Shown here: piece after piece, positions 31,601 through 41,795 of the stretch
How the letters are laid out: every line of letters starts with the position of its first letter
Numbering within the stretch: position 1 is the first letter of the stretch
DNA from: Macrostomum lignano
Taxonomy: Eukaryota
NCBI GenBank assembly: GCA_002269645.1
Contig: NIVC01000838.1
Coordinates: 186,001-250,000, forward strand
DNA length: 64,000 nt
Reading direction: 5' to 3'
Program-made: the position numbers and the translations under genes
The notes under the pieces: generated by a model
Database searches by the model: none
What the model saw: the letters and a program-made list of their open reading frames with translations, nothing else
Told to the model about the DNA's origin: nothing

Positions 31601-34600
31601 TCTGGGATCTAGTCGGACTAGAATGATCAAAGCCTTGGCTTACTCCCTCAATTGACGTAAGACCCGCACCAGCCTGGAGCGCAACCAGGGCTGTCTGGCG
31701 GGCGAGCTCGCCCAGACCCGTAGCGACCTTCGGGCTAGCGAGCAGCGCAGCGAGAAACAGCAAGCGGAGCTGCTCAGCCTGCGTCACGAGCAGGCCGGAC
31801 TGATGCGCAAGCTCAGCCAGGCTGAGGCAGACCTGGCCTGCGCTAAAGAGGTTCTCGTTTAGTCTTAGATTGCTGTCTCACCTCGAAGCACTGCACTGTT
31901 TAAATTGGCTGCTCGTTTTTCCATTGAGCGTTGAAGTTTTTGAGCACCAACATGAGCTGCACCTTTGCTAAGCCTAAAGCGAAAGTTTTTTGTCTTAAAT
32001 GGCGTGTCCTGGTCACTGCTAGAAGTAGCTGGACAGAACATTTGTTTTAGCAGCTGCTTTAATGCTTGTGCTGTTAAAGTGTCTGTCCTAGTGTGTCTTA
32101 GTGTGCGTCTTATAGTGTGTCCTTAATGTTCTGTTCATGTCCCACATGACCTACGGTTCAACCAAAACTGTTATAGTGTGTTTTAGTGCTTGGGGTGGGG
32201 GTTTAGTGGTTTAAATAGCCAGAATGTACATTGGGGCTCGCCAGAGAATGTACATTGGGGCTCGCCAGAGAATGTACATTGGGGCTCGCCAGAGAATGTA
32301 CATTGGCGCTCGCTAGAGAATGCACATTGGGGCTCGCCAGAGAATGTACATTGGGGCTCGCTAGAGAATGTACATTGGGGCTCGCCAGAGAATGTACATT
32401 CGCGCTCGCCAGAGAATGTACATTGGCGCTCGCCAGAGAATGTACATTGGGGCTCGCCAGAGAATGTACATTGGGGCTCGCCAGAAAATGTACATTGGGG
32501 CTCGCCAGAGAATGTACATTAAGGATCGCCAGAGAATGTGCGTTGTTTTGTTTTTTTCTAAATTCGCAACTCTCACACCACCGCACTTTGTATAGTAAAG
32601 AAGCTTCACAAGCAGTTTAAATCGCCGCCGTAATTTTATTTAAAGTCATTAAAACGAAAAACACAAAAATTTAAACGCAGACAAAAGTTGAGCTGGAGAA
32701 GGAGAAGATCGGCCTGCAGTACGAGGCCGGGTCGCTTAAAACCGAGGTGACCGGACTCAGGGCGGAGATCGTCTCTCTGAAAGAGGAGATTTCCGCGCTG
32801 CGATCCGGTGGCGCCGGCTTTCGACAGCGGGCCTCGTCTGCTGCCGCTGCTGCTGCTGGCGCCGATGACGAGGCTGCGGCGGCTGCCGGCGCGTCTCACG
32901 GATCCGGCAACGGGAAGATGACGTCATGGAGAGCTGTGAGAATTGAGGCTCAACCCGTATCATGAAGTCCAATGGCAAAATATCATAAGTCACGGTTAAA
33001 CTAGACGTTTACATTGGGAAGAATAGATGACTGTGAATGGGGTAGAAAAGACTGTGAATGGGGTAGAATAGACTGTGAATGGGGTAGAACAGACTGTGAA
33101 TGGCGTAGAATAGACTGTGAATGGGGTAGAACAGACTGTGAATGGGGTAGAACAGACTGTATCGGGTAGAATAGACTGTGAATCGGGTAGAATAGACTGT
33201 GAATGGGGTAGAAGAAACTGTGAATCGGGTAGAATAGACTGTAAATCGGGTAAAACAGACTGTGAATGGGGTAGAATAATGTGAATCGGGTAGAATAGAC
33301 TGTGAATGGCGTAGAATAGACTGTGAATGGGGTAGAATAGACTGTGAATCGGGTAGAATAGACTGTGAATGGGCTAGGATAGGCTGTGAATCGGGTAGAA
33401 AAGACTGTGAATGGAGTAGAGTAGACTGAATCGGGTAGAATAGACTGTGAATGGAGTAGAATAGACTGTGAATCGGGTAGAATAGACTGTGAATGGAGTA
33501 GAATAGACTGAATCCGGTAGAATAGACTGTGAATGGGGTAGAATAGACTGTGAATGAGGTAGAAAAGACTGTGAATGGGGTAGAATAGACTGTGAATGGG
33601 GTAGAATAGACTGTGAATGGGGTAGAACAGACTGTGAATGGCGTAGAATAGACTGTGAATGGGGTAGAACAGACTGTGAATGGGGTAGAACAGACTGTGA
33701 ATGGGGTAGAACAGACTGTGAATGGGGTAGAACAGACTGTGAATGGAGTAGAGTAGACTGAATCGGGTAGAATAGACTGTGAATGGAGTAGAATAGACTG
33801 TGAATCGGGTAGAATAGACTGTGAATCGGGTAGAAAAGACTGTGAATGGGGTAGAACAGACTGTGAATGGTAGAATAGACTGCGAATTCGGTAGAATTGA
33901 CTGTGAATAGGGTGAAAGAGACAATATTCCTATCCAAACTGTCACAGGATGAATACGAGGAGCGAATTCGTCACCAGGAGGTTCGCAACGTGAAACTGGA
34001 GATGTCGCTGGACTTTGAGCAGAGAAAGGTCCGAGGCCTGACCCGGGAACTGGACTCGTTAAATGAGGTATTGCAGAAATGGCAGCTTAGATGAATTTTT
34101 AACTCATTAAATAATTAATAGAATTCAAAACCAATCACACAATATTCCAATAATTTCCAGCTAATGATTTCTCTCTGGTATGGTTTCCATGGAAACGCAT
34201 GTTTAAAAAACTGTTCTTATGGCCCTCCATGCCTCAGCTGGCACCTGCCTGCAGAAAGTAGATCTTATTTCCAATTCTAAGCTTTTGCCTGTCTTCCTAT
34301 TGCATGCCTATTTTACCATTTTTAACAAATACTTTTGTTCTTTAAAAACAGTCTGCGCTTTTTCTATTTTGCTATATTATTTTTTTCATTCTGGAAATAC
34401 CAGACGGTCAGAGAAGCGAAAGAAGATTTTGGCAAATGTCAGCGAGCAAAAGCTGAGCTGCTCGATAAGCTGAAGGTACTCAACGAGTCTGTGTGCATAT
34501 TTTGATTTTTAATTCTGTACAAAATTAATTCAATTTCTGATGATAAATGTTGTAAGCTTCACTGAGCTGAAACATTGGCGTGAATTTCAAGCAAAGCGTC

Positions 34601-37600
34601 AAAATTTCTTCCGGCTTCTCACCTTTGTTAAATCACATATTTTCAAGCATTTTTAATTTTCGATTTTTTTACACTAAAATGCGCACGTTGCCTACTGTGA
34701 GTAGCAGCTCACTTGGAACACTGACAAGCAATTCTACTGCTAAGCAAAGGACATGCGGTTATAAAACCAAACAAATCAAGCATATGAATCGATTGATCAA
34801 CCAGGCTGAGGAGAAGGCCCGAAAGGAGGCTGAGAACGCGCTTGAGCAGCTGAAGGAGACCAGCGAGTCGGACAGGAAAACCATGTCAAAGCTCAATCTC
34901 AGGGTGAGGCTTGCTGCTTTGATATCTGCTTGTTTCTGAAACCATTTGATTTCATATAATATCGTTCCTTTGAATTATTAAAAAACAGGTATCTCAGCTA
35001 GAGAAGGCTAAAGAGGAGCTAGCATTTCGAGTAGAAGAAGAGCGACTTACCTGGCAGAAGAGCGAGCTCGGCCGAAAGCAGTTGGAAAGCAAAGTCAAGG
35101 ATTATGAGCGTCGGTGAGTCAGAGTTCAAATAATTACTCGTAAGGTCGAATTGCAAACTAGAAACCCACAGTTTCTAACGCCCCGACCCATTCATTCTAT
35201 TCTTCTCGTCACTCACTCGCGCGCTGATTGGCTGGAAGGTTTTCTACTCGCAGTCCGTGCGCCCCACCCCATTCTCTTCTTCGTCTCGTCCCCCAATCGT
35301 ACGCTGATTTGCTGGAAGGGGGTTTTCTCGCAGTCAATACTCTCACCCCATTCTCCCCTTCCTCTTGTCTCCCACTCACTTGCTGGTTGGCCGGCACCTT
35401 TTTAGACTGTCATCCCCATGCCCCACCCTATTCTTCCTCTCATACCTTCCCCGAGCGCTGATTGGTTGGAGCTTTTAAGATTGCAATCATCATGCCTCCA
35501 ACCTCATTCTTCCTCTCATACCTCACTTGAGCGCTGATTGATTGGCGCATTTCTCAAGCTCATTAATTGCTACACTGACAGTTATGGCGACTTCGAGACA
35601 GAACTGACCGCCCTACGCGGCAGCTTGAAGCAGCAGCGCCGGCGGACTAAGGAGCTCGGTTTGGCCGACTTCGACTCCGAGCGTCGGGCGATGGACGACG
35701 CTCTGGCGACTGTGCGCAGTCGGGTGCAGCTGCTGCAGAGCCGGCTGGCACTGCAGGACACCAATCAGGACAGACTGGAAGCTGAGAATCGAAGCCTACA
35801 AGGCGACCTGATGGCCGTGCGCAGTCTGGAAGAGGCTCTAGCCAAGTTGGAGGAGCAGAAGGATCGGGCTGAAGCAGAGCTTACCGATTACAAGGTTAGT
35901 TGATAGCTACTTTAGAGTATCATTTTCTCTAATCGATCACATAGACAGATAGATACCGCCAAACCATTTTTAGTATAATGGATTTATTTGCCGTCATCGT
36001 GCGTATGATGTACTCGAAATGGAGGTGTTAAGTGTTTATATACTGTATGAGCGACGTCATCAAAGGGTGACGTGATTCAATTGTTTGTGCATTTTTTGTA
36101 CGATATACCAATGGTAATCCAGGGTTGATGCCAACGAGGAGTGACGCCATAGAGGGGAAATTATTGGTGGTGGATTTTATTTTGGAGTGATGTTGCCGAG
36201 GGGTGACGTCGTTTAGGTGTTACTTCATCAAAAAGGGACGTCATTTGGGTGAGACGTCATCGAAAGGTAACATCGTTTAGGTGTGACGTTGTTTAGGTGT
36301 TACGTCATCAAAAAGTGACGTCATTTAGATGAGACGTCATCGACTGGATAAGATCACCAATGGGGTTTAACAAAAGTGCTGAGTGATTGAATGATTGGGC
36401 GCCAATGACGAAACTGGGGACTTAGAAGTCCAAAGTTGAAGAGCCATAGAAAGCGAGAAGATTTATCGTAAACCGCAAACTCTGATCCAAATTTCGCAGG
36501 CCTACATTAAAGCCAACTTTGTGGCGAAATGCGAGCTGGCCAAGTACAAGGAGGACGTGGAACACCGGGCTAGGGACGAACTGAACCAGCGGCTCGGCCA
36601 GATGAACGACCACCTGGCCGGACAGCAGCGGGTTCGTGACGAGGTTGATGCCAGGCGCGACGAGGTCGAGCGAAAGCTGCGCGAAGATGCCGAACGATTG
36701 CAGGTAGCTGTCGAGAGTCTGGACAGCCTGATGGACAGAGTGGCGGACTGATGGACCTACTTTATTTTATTGCTCTCTACCCTAGCGTTTGGACTGTCAC
36801 CTTTGTAGAGCTGGATGTTGTAGATTCTGCTTTTCTCAAGTTTGCCTAGAAGTTTTCTCCACCATTAACGTTTTTATTTTCCTAATATTATGTGCTATTT
36901 ATATACTATCACACTACTATTGTGTCCGGAAAAGTAGTATCTAATTTTTTTCTTGTTTTTCTCCTAGAATTTTGCTAAACTTTTACGTCTGTCTGCTTTG
37001 CATTTTTTCTGTTTCTTTTGACACACCGGCGATTTCTATAGCTTTCCGCATCATACTACTATCGATTATTAATAAGTAGAGTATCTCAAACTTATTTTAA
37101 AACAATAACAAAAAATAACAATTCGCAGATGAGCGTAGACGACCTGCGCCGGACCTGTCTGGACATGTCGGCCGAGCGGGACCGGCTGTCCAGCGACTGC
37201 CAGCACTACCGCCAGCTGTACGACCAGGAGAAGCGAGTCAGGCAGAAGCTCACCGAGGAGCTCGAACGGCTCAACAACACGGAGGCGCAGACGGCTGCCG
37301 CGCTCAGTCTGGACAGGGAGCGGCACCGGCTGGCGTCCGGTGTGTCGCAGTTCAGCTTCCAGCAGCCGCTGATGCAGCCGCAGCACCAGCAGCAGTACAA
37401 CATGTACTCTTCTAATCAGTCTTTGTCCAGCCCGGATCCGCTGTTGCAGCAGCGACTTCGGTCGGAACTGGACAGGAGCATCTCAAAGCATCTGGAGTCT
37501 GGTGAGTCTGTGTGGAGTGGCACTGGTGCGGTTGGGGAATGGCAAGTGGGAAATGGCAAGTGGGGAATGGCAAGTGGGGATTTGCTCGGGGGCGTCGCTA

Positions 37601-37745
37601 ATCGCGTGAACATCCGCCCTCCCCCGCAGACAACGCCTCCCGGATGTTCGTATCGAAGACCCGATCCACGGTCAACCTGAGTCGAACGGTAGCTGAAAGC
37701 GACCCGAACTATCTTGATTTCTTGAAGAAGAAATACCACGTTTAA
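13679..37745 (+). CDS. ANKRD26: Ankyrin repeat domain protein 26 ortholog (N-terminal ankyrin repeats, acidic low-complexity middle, long coiled coil, DUF3496-like C-terminus), 27 coding exons
   Basis: Exons: 13679-13869, 14450-14723, 15603-15801, 22114-22251, 22359-22420, 22922-23296, 23448-23562, 24518-24669, 25457-25759, 26349-26435, 26586-26777, 27166-27333, 27409-27477, 28402-28439, 28537-28611, 28906-29869, 30576-30884, 31662-31850, 32681-32935, 33948-34067, 34404-34475, 34805-34903, 34989-35113, 35582-35894, 36500-36703, 37129-37501, 37630-37745. All are GT-AG and phase-consistent. Family-like motifs recalled from ANKRD26: MKKLFGKGK start (human MKKIFSKKG), GYNDIKEKSLPKIHKAA, R|MALHLA, KYKEDVEHRARDELNQRL, YRQLYDQEKRVR, LRSELDRSISKHL, terminal YLDFLKKKYHV*. 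Small middle exons are less certain. Confidence 0.88.
14959..15373. mobile_element. MITE, copy 1 (ANKRD26 intron 2)
   Basis: Termini TAGATTGGCCACTC / GAGTGGCCCATCTA. Perfect 19-bp subterminal inverted repeat CTACTTTCAGTTCAGTAGC (15001-15019) / GCTACTGAACTGAAAGTAG (15323-15341). Homologous to 44892-45265 in the opposite orientation. Confidence 0.8.
15830..16067 (+). repeat. 5' LTR (238 bp)
   Basis: TGTGGTGACTG...CTTTGTTACA; contains CTGATTGG (CCAAT) and AATAAA at 15981. Confidence 0.96.
16069..16080 (+). other. Primer-binding site, probably tRNA-Ser(GCT)
   Basis: TGGCGACGAGGT lies 1 nt after the 5' LTR and is complementary to a ...CCTCGTCG-CCA 3' end, as recalled for metazoan tRNA-Ser(GCT). 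Confidence 0.75.
16086..16937 (+). CDS. gag: Retrotransposon Gag
   Basis: Mag-type N-terminus (GPFEPENEDWLQYKERMEQVF) and two CCHC knuckles, CFRCLSTRHLADKC and CFKCGKLGHTAAAC. Confidence 0.93.
   Translation: MATGLLCSIGPFEPENEDWLQYKERMEQVFIASDIESEDKKRAVFLSVCGKETFKLICSLLAPRKPSETSYADICQKLKEHWKPEPSEIVQRFHFYQHVRASTESVADFLASLRRLAVDCKFGNSLESMLRDRLVLGIQDDRIQRRLLSEPELDLEKALKIAQAVELAEKGCTVVRSSQEVAGPAAAASVDRVDQAKATGSGRASQKCFRCLSTRHLADKCPFIKKACFKCGKLGHTAAACRRGAGASGADSKPAWAPCKKQKTRTAAPLTPCPALQPRCHPT
16850..20047 (+). CDS. pol: Retrotransposon Pol (protease, RT, RNase H, integrase), in the -1 frame relative to gag
   Basis: Protease IDTGAAVS; RT KLDLSQAYQQ, RLPFG, FIDD; RNase H CDSSPYGLGAV, EKEALA; integrase HHCC, PWSRVHMDYAGP, DNGPNF, PYHPASNGLAER. 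The listed GTG start is not a real initiation site. Confidence 0.95.
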   Translation: MGAVQEAEDEDCSSLNTVPSVAAKVPPYLTKVLINGVSCQMEIDTGAAVSLISAKVYQDLLGGIPKLGGTTIRLRNYGGQPVNVLGQLSVTVEIPGNEKKLLPLVVVSGSGSSLIGRNWLSELTMDWRSIKELRERELPAQGNQQVEQLLQKYSAVFSDGLGCYTGEPLKLRTKPGAQPKFFKARTVPFALKSKVEEQLDREIEQGVLQPVSNSEYASPIVPVLKADGSVRICADFKRTVNQDVVQDSYPLPRIEELFAKLTGGQKFTKLDLSQAYQQLPLDSESQRLCTINTSKGLLRYTRLPFGISPAVGMFQRTMDGLLQGRPHTATFIDDLLVTGTDDAKHLENLEAVLQRLQDAGLKCRADKCRFMQESVSYLGHRIDAGGLHPLESKVSAIVEAPAPQDVTQLRSFLGLINYYGRFLPNLSSLLAPLHRLLDKGAAWQWNSPQESAFHRCKELLLSSQTLVHFDPGKEVILECDSSPYGLGAVICHLIDGVERPIAFASRTLADAEKNYSQTEKEALAVVFGVKRFHTYLYGRNFQLKSDHKPLLGLLHENKAIPPLASARIQRWALLLSSYSYRLQYRKGATLLRADALSRLPLPSKPAEAPAPAEVVLLIDSFNEGPVTAAQVRCWTRRDPLLGRVLRFVQEGWPEDRRGSEDLRPFASRAAELSVEDGCLLWGTRVVVPVQGRLALLECLHQSHLGASKLKSLARNYFWWPGMDGDIERLSQHCRQCKLHQHSPPPAPLQPWPWPDRPWSRVHMDYAGPFEGKMLLILVDAHSKWIEVHICQSATSSATIDRLRRTFSQLGLPEVVVTDNGPNFVSQEMESFMSSNGIRHVKVSPYHPASNGLAERAVQTVKAALAKGQPAALQTRLARFLLTYRVTPHSTTGVPPSQLMMGRPLRTLLDLVRPDVSAAVTRRQEAQKLQHDRGARARSFEEGDDVVVRDFTGQQKWLPASISRQTAPLSYECRLPDDRIVRRHADHVASAGVEPLTSGSTELPINDELRYESAEAEVPPLLPPTPPPPTQPPTAPPPPTQPPLPPTPQARRSQRNRKCPDRLTYK
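20225..20465 (+). repeat. 3' LTR (241 bp)
   Basis: Direct repeat of 15830-16067, differing only in homopolymer and (CT)n length. Confidence 0.96.
20920..22000. repeat. GTCCGAGTAG-core minisatellite (21-24 bp variant units), ANKRD26 intron 3
   Basis: Repeated GTCCGAGTAGAA followed by CACTTAGCT, TATGGGTCT or GGCTAGGGT. Confidence 0.93.
22530..22860. repeat. 21-bp minisatellite (TGTCCGAGTAGAACACTAGGG)n, ANKRD26 intron 5
   Basis: Near-perfect 21-bp period; same core as the intron 3 array. Confidence 0.94.
23648..24455. repeat. 13/14-bp minisatellite (CCTACTCAG[G]GTAT / TCTATTCAGGGTAT / CCTACTCAGGGCAT), ANKRD26 intron 7
   Basis: Mixed 13- and 14-bp units read directly from the sequence. Confidence 0.95.
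24719..25312. repeat. 15-bp perfect minisatellite (GATCAGTCAGAGTGG)n, ~39 copies, ANKRD26 intron 8
   Basis: Exact 15-bp period. Confidence 0.98.
25781..26330. repeat. 18-bp minisatellite (TCTATGACCAATCTATCA)n, ANKRD26 intron 9
   Basis: 18-bp period, decaying at the 3' end. Confidence 0.93.
26805..27110. repeat. Degenerate GGATCT/GGATGT short-unit repeat, ANKRD26 intron 11
   Basis: Runs of (GGATGTG), (GATCTAG), (GATCTGT). Confidence 0.75.
27505..28345. repeat. 35-bp minisatellite (GGGATCTAGAATCCGGGATTCGGGATCTGGGAACT)n, ANKRD26 intron 13
   Basis: Period 35 (ATTCAGG at 27781 and 27816). Confidence 0.93.
29884..30150. repeat. 24-bp minisatellite (GAGAATGTACATTGGGGCTCGCCA)n, ANKRD26 intron 16
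   Basis: About 11 copies; a sister array lies at 32218-32545. Confidence 0.94.
30937..31612. repeat. 14-bp perfect repeat (GGATCTAGGATCTG)n, ~48 copies, ANKRD26 intron 17
   Basis: Alternating 7-mers GGATCTA/GGATCTG. Confidence 0.98.
32218..32545. repeat. 24-bp minisatellite (GAGAATGTACATTGGGGCTCGCCA)n, ANKRD26 intron 18
   Basis: About 13 copies of the same unit as 29884-30150. Confidence 0.94.
33025..33910. repeat. 21-bp minisatellite (GACTGTGAATGGGGTAGAATA)n, ANKRD26 intron 19
   Basis: About 42 variant copies. Confidence 0.95.
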
Positions 37746-38433
37746 CACGTATTTGTTTTCCTTCAACATGCTACTAGAAGTATCAAAGTGCGGAAATAAA
37801 AAAATTCTCTTTTTTGCATAGATTTTATCATTATGAATATTTTACGGATAGAATTATGGATACCTGCTTATTCTGTAATGTATTTGGTTCATTTGGTAAT
37901 GTCACACCTCACAATTTAGTATTAACACAAGATAAACAATATTTTATTTCTAGGTGATATTTGAATCATTTTCATATTCTCGAAGTCTTCTTCTTCGAGC
38001 TTTTGTGCTTTGACTATTAAATTTTCGATCGGAGCCGTTTCGAGTTTATTTTAGGTCAAGGATATTCTTTTTATCACCGCAGTCCTAAACTTGTCTCCAT
38101 GTGAGTTTAACCCTCAATTCATTTTAAACATTTTAATGTTTTGCTTATCCTTCGCAAGTTATTCGAGCTATGATAGTAAGGCTTGTATTCTTATGTTAGA
38201 TCATTCTGTTTTTTTAATAAACCTTCCACTGGCTGGAGGTCACATTTTTTGTTTATTGTATAAATAATTCTATTTTATTTTATAGTGTTATTATACATAT
38301 ATACTACTCAGTAGCGTACGAGCGTCTTGGTTAAAGTTGAATAATTTGCGTTTTACTTTTATTTTCTTTTATTTATAGATGCTAAGTAGGTTACAACTAT
38401 AAAAGACATAGAGTACCAGGTAAAGGATCCTGA

Positions 38434-38760
<327 letters not shown>

Positions 38761-39225
38761 CTGTCGGATACTCCAGTATTATTATTATTAATATTATATT
38801 GCTTCTCGATCTCATAGAAAGCTTCTTCATTATCAATGTTAATGCATACGCCCTAAGATCAGCAAACATTATTGCACACAAAATCTTTAAAGATCTGCGC
38901 AAAATTAACACTAAACGATTTAGCAACTTTCACTTTATCGGGCACAAAAACCGGGACAGCTTTTTTGGAAGCAGACAAAATGCTCCGTCAGTTGATATGG
39001 CCAGTCGGTTGAATTCCTTAAATTCGTTCTTGCGATGCTTGCATTGTTAAAATAAAGAAGAATTCTAATTATTATTTATTCATAATTTATGAATATTTTA
39101 GGATGCAGCATTATTCTGATTAACTTTATTCTCTAAAGTAGATATTCTTTTCAAAAGCTTTCACTAAGATTTATCAAGAAACTGGATTAAGGCATCCTCA
39201 ATTGAGACTCGGCAGTTCCAAGCTT

Positions 39226-40009
39226 CTAATCAAACGGAGACATGCACTTGCAGATCACTCCGGTGGGTGTCAAAAAATTGTAGGGGGTGATGTTTCTTGG
39301 CAGATCAGCCAGGCCCGACGCCGTGAGGCCAGTAAACGGTTCGTCGATTCCTCCATTCGGTTCTGAAAAGAACGGATTCAAAGCCCAAAGGCCGGAGACG
39401 AAGCTGGTATTGCAGTTGGCCCAAGACCATCCTTTAGCAGGGTCCGACACTCCGGGTTTTTTTCAGTCCGGACACGAATCCTAGTTTTTTATCGGTGCCA
39501 TTCAGAACTGACACCAAGTGCGCCTTTTCGCTGATGTCCGCGATGTCAGCCATGGTGACGAGGCCGGCCTCCGAGTCGCAGATGCTTCGCCCGGTCTCCC
39601 AGCTTCCGTCTGTAACTTCGTAGATCCGGTAGCGAACTCCGCATCGATGGTTCTCGTAGCCTCCGGGGCACAGTTGGCCCGGTGGCAGTCCGGTCAGCTT
39701 CTTGATGAAGACTGTCCCAACAGTCGGGCAGCTGGTGTTGCAGCTCTGCGCCACATTTTTGCTGCACCTGTCGAACGCGTAGTGGACGCAGAGCGAGCTG
39801 TCCGGATCGAAGGTGAAAGCTCGGCAGACCGGCTTGGATGAGCAAACCGCGGCGCACTTGAGCTTGGACGAGCAATTCGGCAACGGCCGCTTAAAGTCGG
39901 CGGCAATACATAGGCGTCCTTGGATTCTATCGTAACTAGACAGGTTTGCAAGCGTTAGGGCCGAGAATGCCGTGGCATACAGAGTCAGAACTGCGGTAAT
40001 CAAGTCCAT
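39226..40009 (-). CDS. Secreted PAN/Apple + C-type lectin protein (~260 aa if one extra base at 39457-39463 is removed); assembly indel or pseudogene
   Basis: Signal peptide MDLITAVLTLYATAFSALTLA. PAN module CAAVCSSKPVCRAFTFDPDSSLCVHY. CTL N-half CPGGY...SWETGRSIC...EKAHL. After an A7 run the C-half continues in another frame: GWSWAN...EPNGG...GLAD...ICKC*. The span of 784 nt equals 3n+1. Confidence 0.8.
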
Positions 40010-41795
40010 GGCGTTCGATCCTGTTAGATTTTCCGTCTGTCTTAACAATCCCCGCCAGCATTTTGTCTTGCTTTAGCAGTTTCCCGATGGAATTTGTAGA
40101 TTTTCTGTATTGTCTTTCGGGCCAGCAAACATTTCAAAAATGGTGGTCCATTAGCAGTTCAAATAAGGATGCATGCAGGATTTGCTCTGCGTGGTAAAAC
40201 ATACATTTCAGCTTAGGAAGCGAATCTTGCATATGCATGTAACACATCAGTCAATACAAAGGTCAAATCTGCTATCTAATTTTGTTTGTCGGAGTTTTAT
40301 ATGCATTTAGTATTTTTATGAGACAAATTCTGTTTGTCCAGTTTCGCATCTAATTTTTGTCGCAGAAATTTGAATTTTTGTCTTGCTTAAAGGAACGAAT
40401 GAATACCGGCACTGAAGTCATCCATCAATCTTTTGGACAGAAATACAGAATACGTGTGGCCTAGCTTACAGATTCAGCTTAATTATCAGTTTCTTTTTCA
40501 TAATTTATTTTTTAAGCACGTGTTTAAGCACGCGTGATTCGAAATCCGAATTTACGGATTTAAAATCGCTGGCTACCTAAAATCTCTAATTATAGTAGAT
40601 GATGATTTAATAAGATACAATATTGTTAATCACAGACTTTTAGACTGTAGTAAACTTTTATATGCATGTATCCGCAATTTACATAGACATAAATATCCAG
40701 GTTTTTACTTTTAATTGCATTTAACCATGAGGAGTACCACAAATATTAATTTGTGCATTGATCAACTAGTAGTCAACCCAAATGGGCTCCCTTGACTCTC
40801 ATGAGCTGGAACGCTCATACAAGAGGACTGAAGAGAAGACAGCTATATTTTCCTCTGTTGCGGTCTTGGTGGACTAACAGCTTCAGTGTTATTTGAGTGG
40901 TGTAATTGCTTGTCAGTGCGCCATGATCAGCTTGCAGCTCAAAGCTTTGCAGCTTTTAGAGAAAAAGTAAATATAATTAAATGGTAATATTCTACTGAAT
41001 TTCTCATATATTTTAATCCTAAACTGCTAACACTGCTAAGAAACTTTAATCAATTCACACACTTTTTAGTGTATTTTGTTTTATCGAATTATATAGACAG
41101 TTCAAATTTTCTAGATGCAACGTGCTTTCCAAGAATTCGTTCTGCATACTGAGCAGCAAGACCTCGTGTGTACCCGAAACATACATGAAACATTCTTCAT
41201 TAATATACTGCCTCATTTCGCTCTTGTGTATAAATTTTCTATCTGTTTATTGTCATCTTTGCGTCTTATTTCTGATAAAAATTAGTCATGAAGAAAGGCC
41301 CAATAGGTGCCTTGCCTAAGCCAACTTCTACTACTGCTACAAATATATATTTATCCATTATTGTCAATTTGACTATATTGTTTAAAAATATAAGAACCAA
41401 TTATATCTTTCTTTATTTAGTTTCGTGATTAGACCATTTTTTAAATACTTAATGGAAAGTTATCAGTCCTAGTGGCATATTTGAGGGGATAGATAGGCCT
41501 AAGCTACCCCTGTAGGAGCTATTAGTATTAGATCTCTGTTTTCTCTTAAGAAAAATTTTTATACAACTAAAATCTTTTTGGCCTTTTTAATATAAGTTTA
41601 TCACTGAAACCTTCTCCATGTGTCAATGAACTTTAGATCCTATGGATTTCTAATCTGCCAAAGGTTGGCTATTTATTTTGAATATTTTTTTACTTAATAT
41701 CCTAGGAATAGTCTAAATTCTATATAATTTAATAGTCATAATTAATGATATCTAAATAATAATAAACTTTCATGTATAACATTTTACAATACAAG

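Noticed and set aside
40700-41320. Possible coding or transposase fragment
   Set aside because: Only short open frames with no recognisable motif or supported splice structure.
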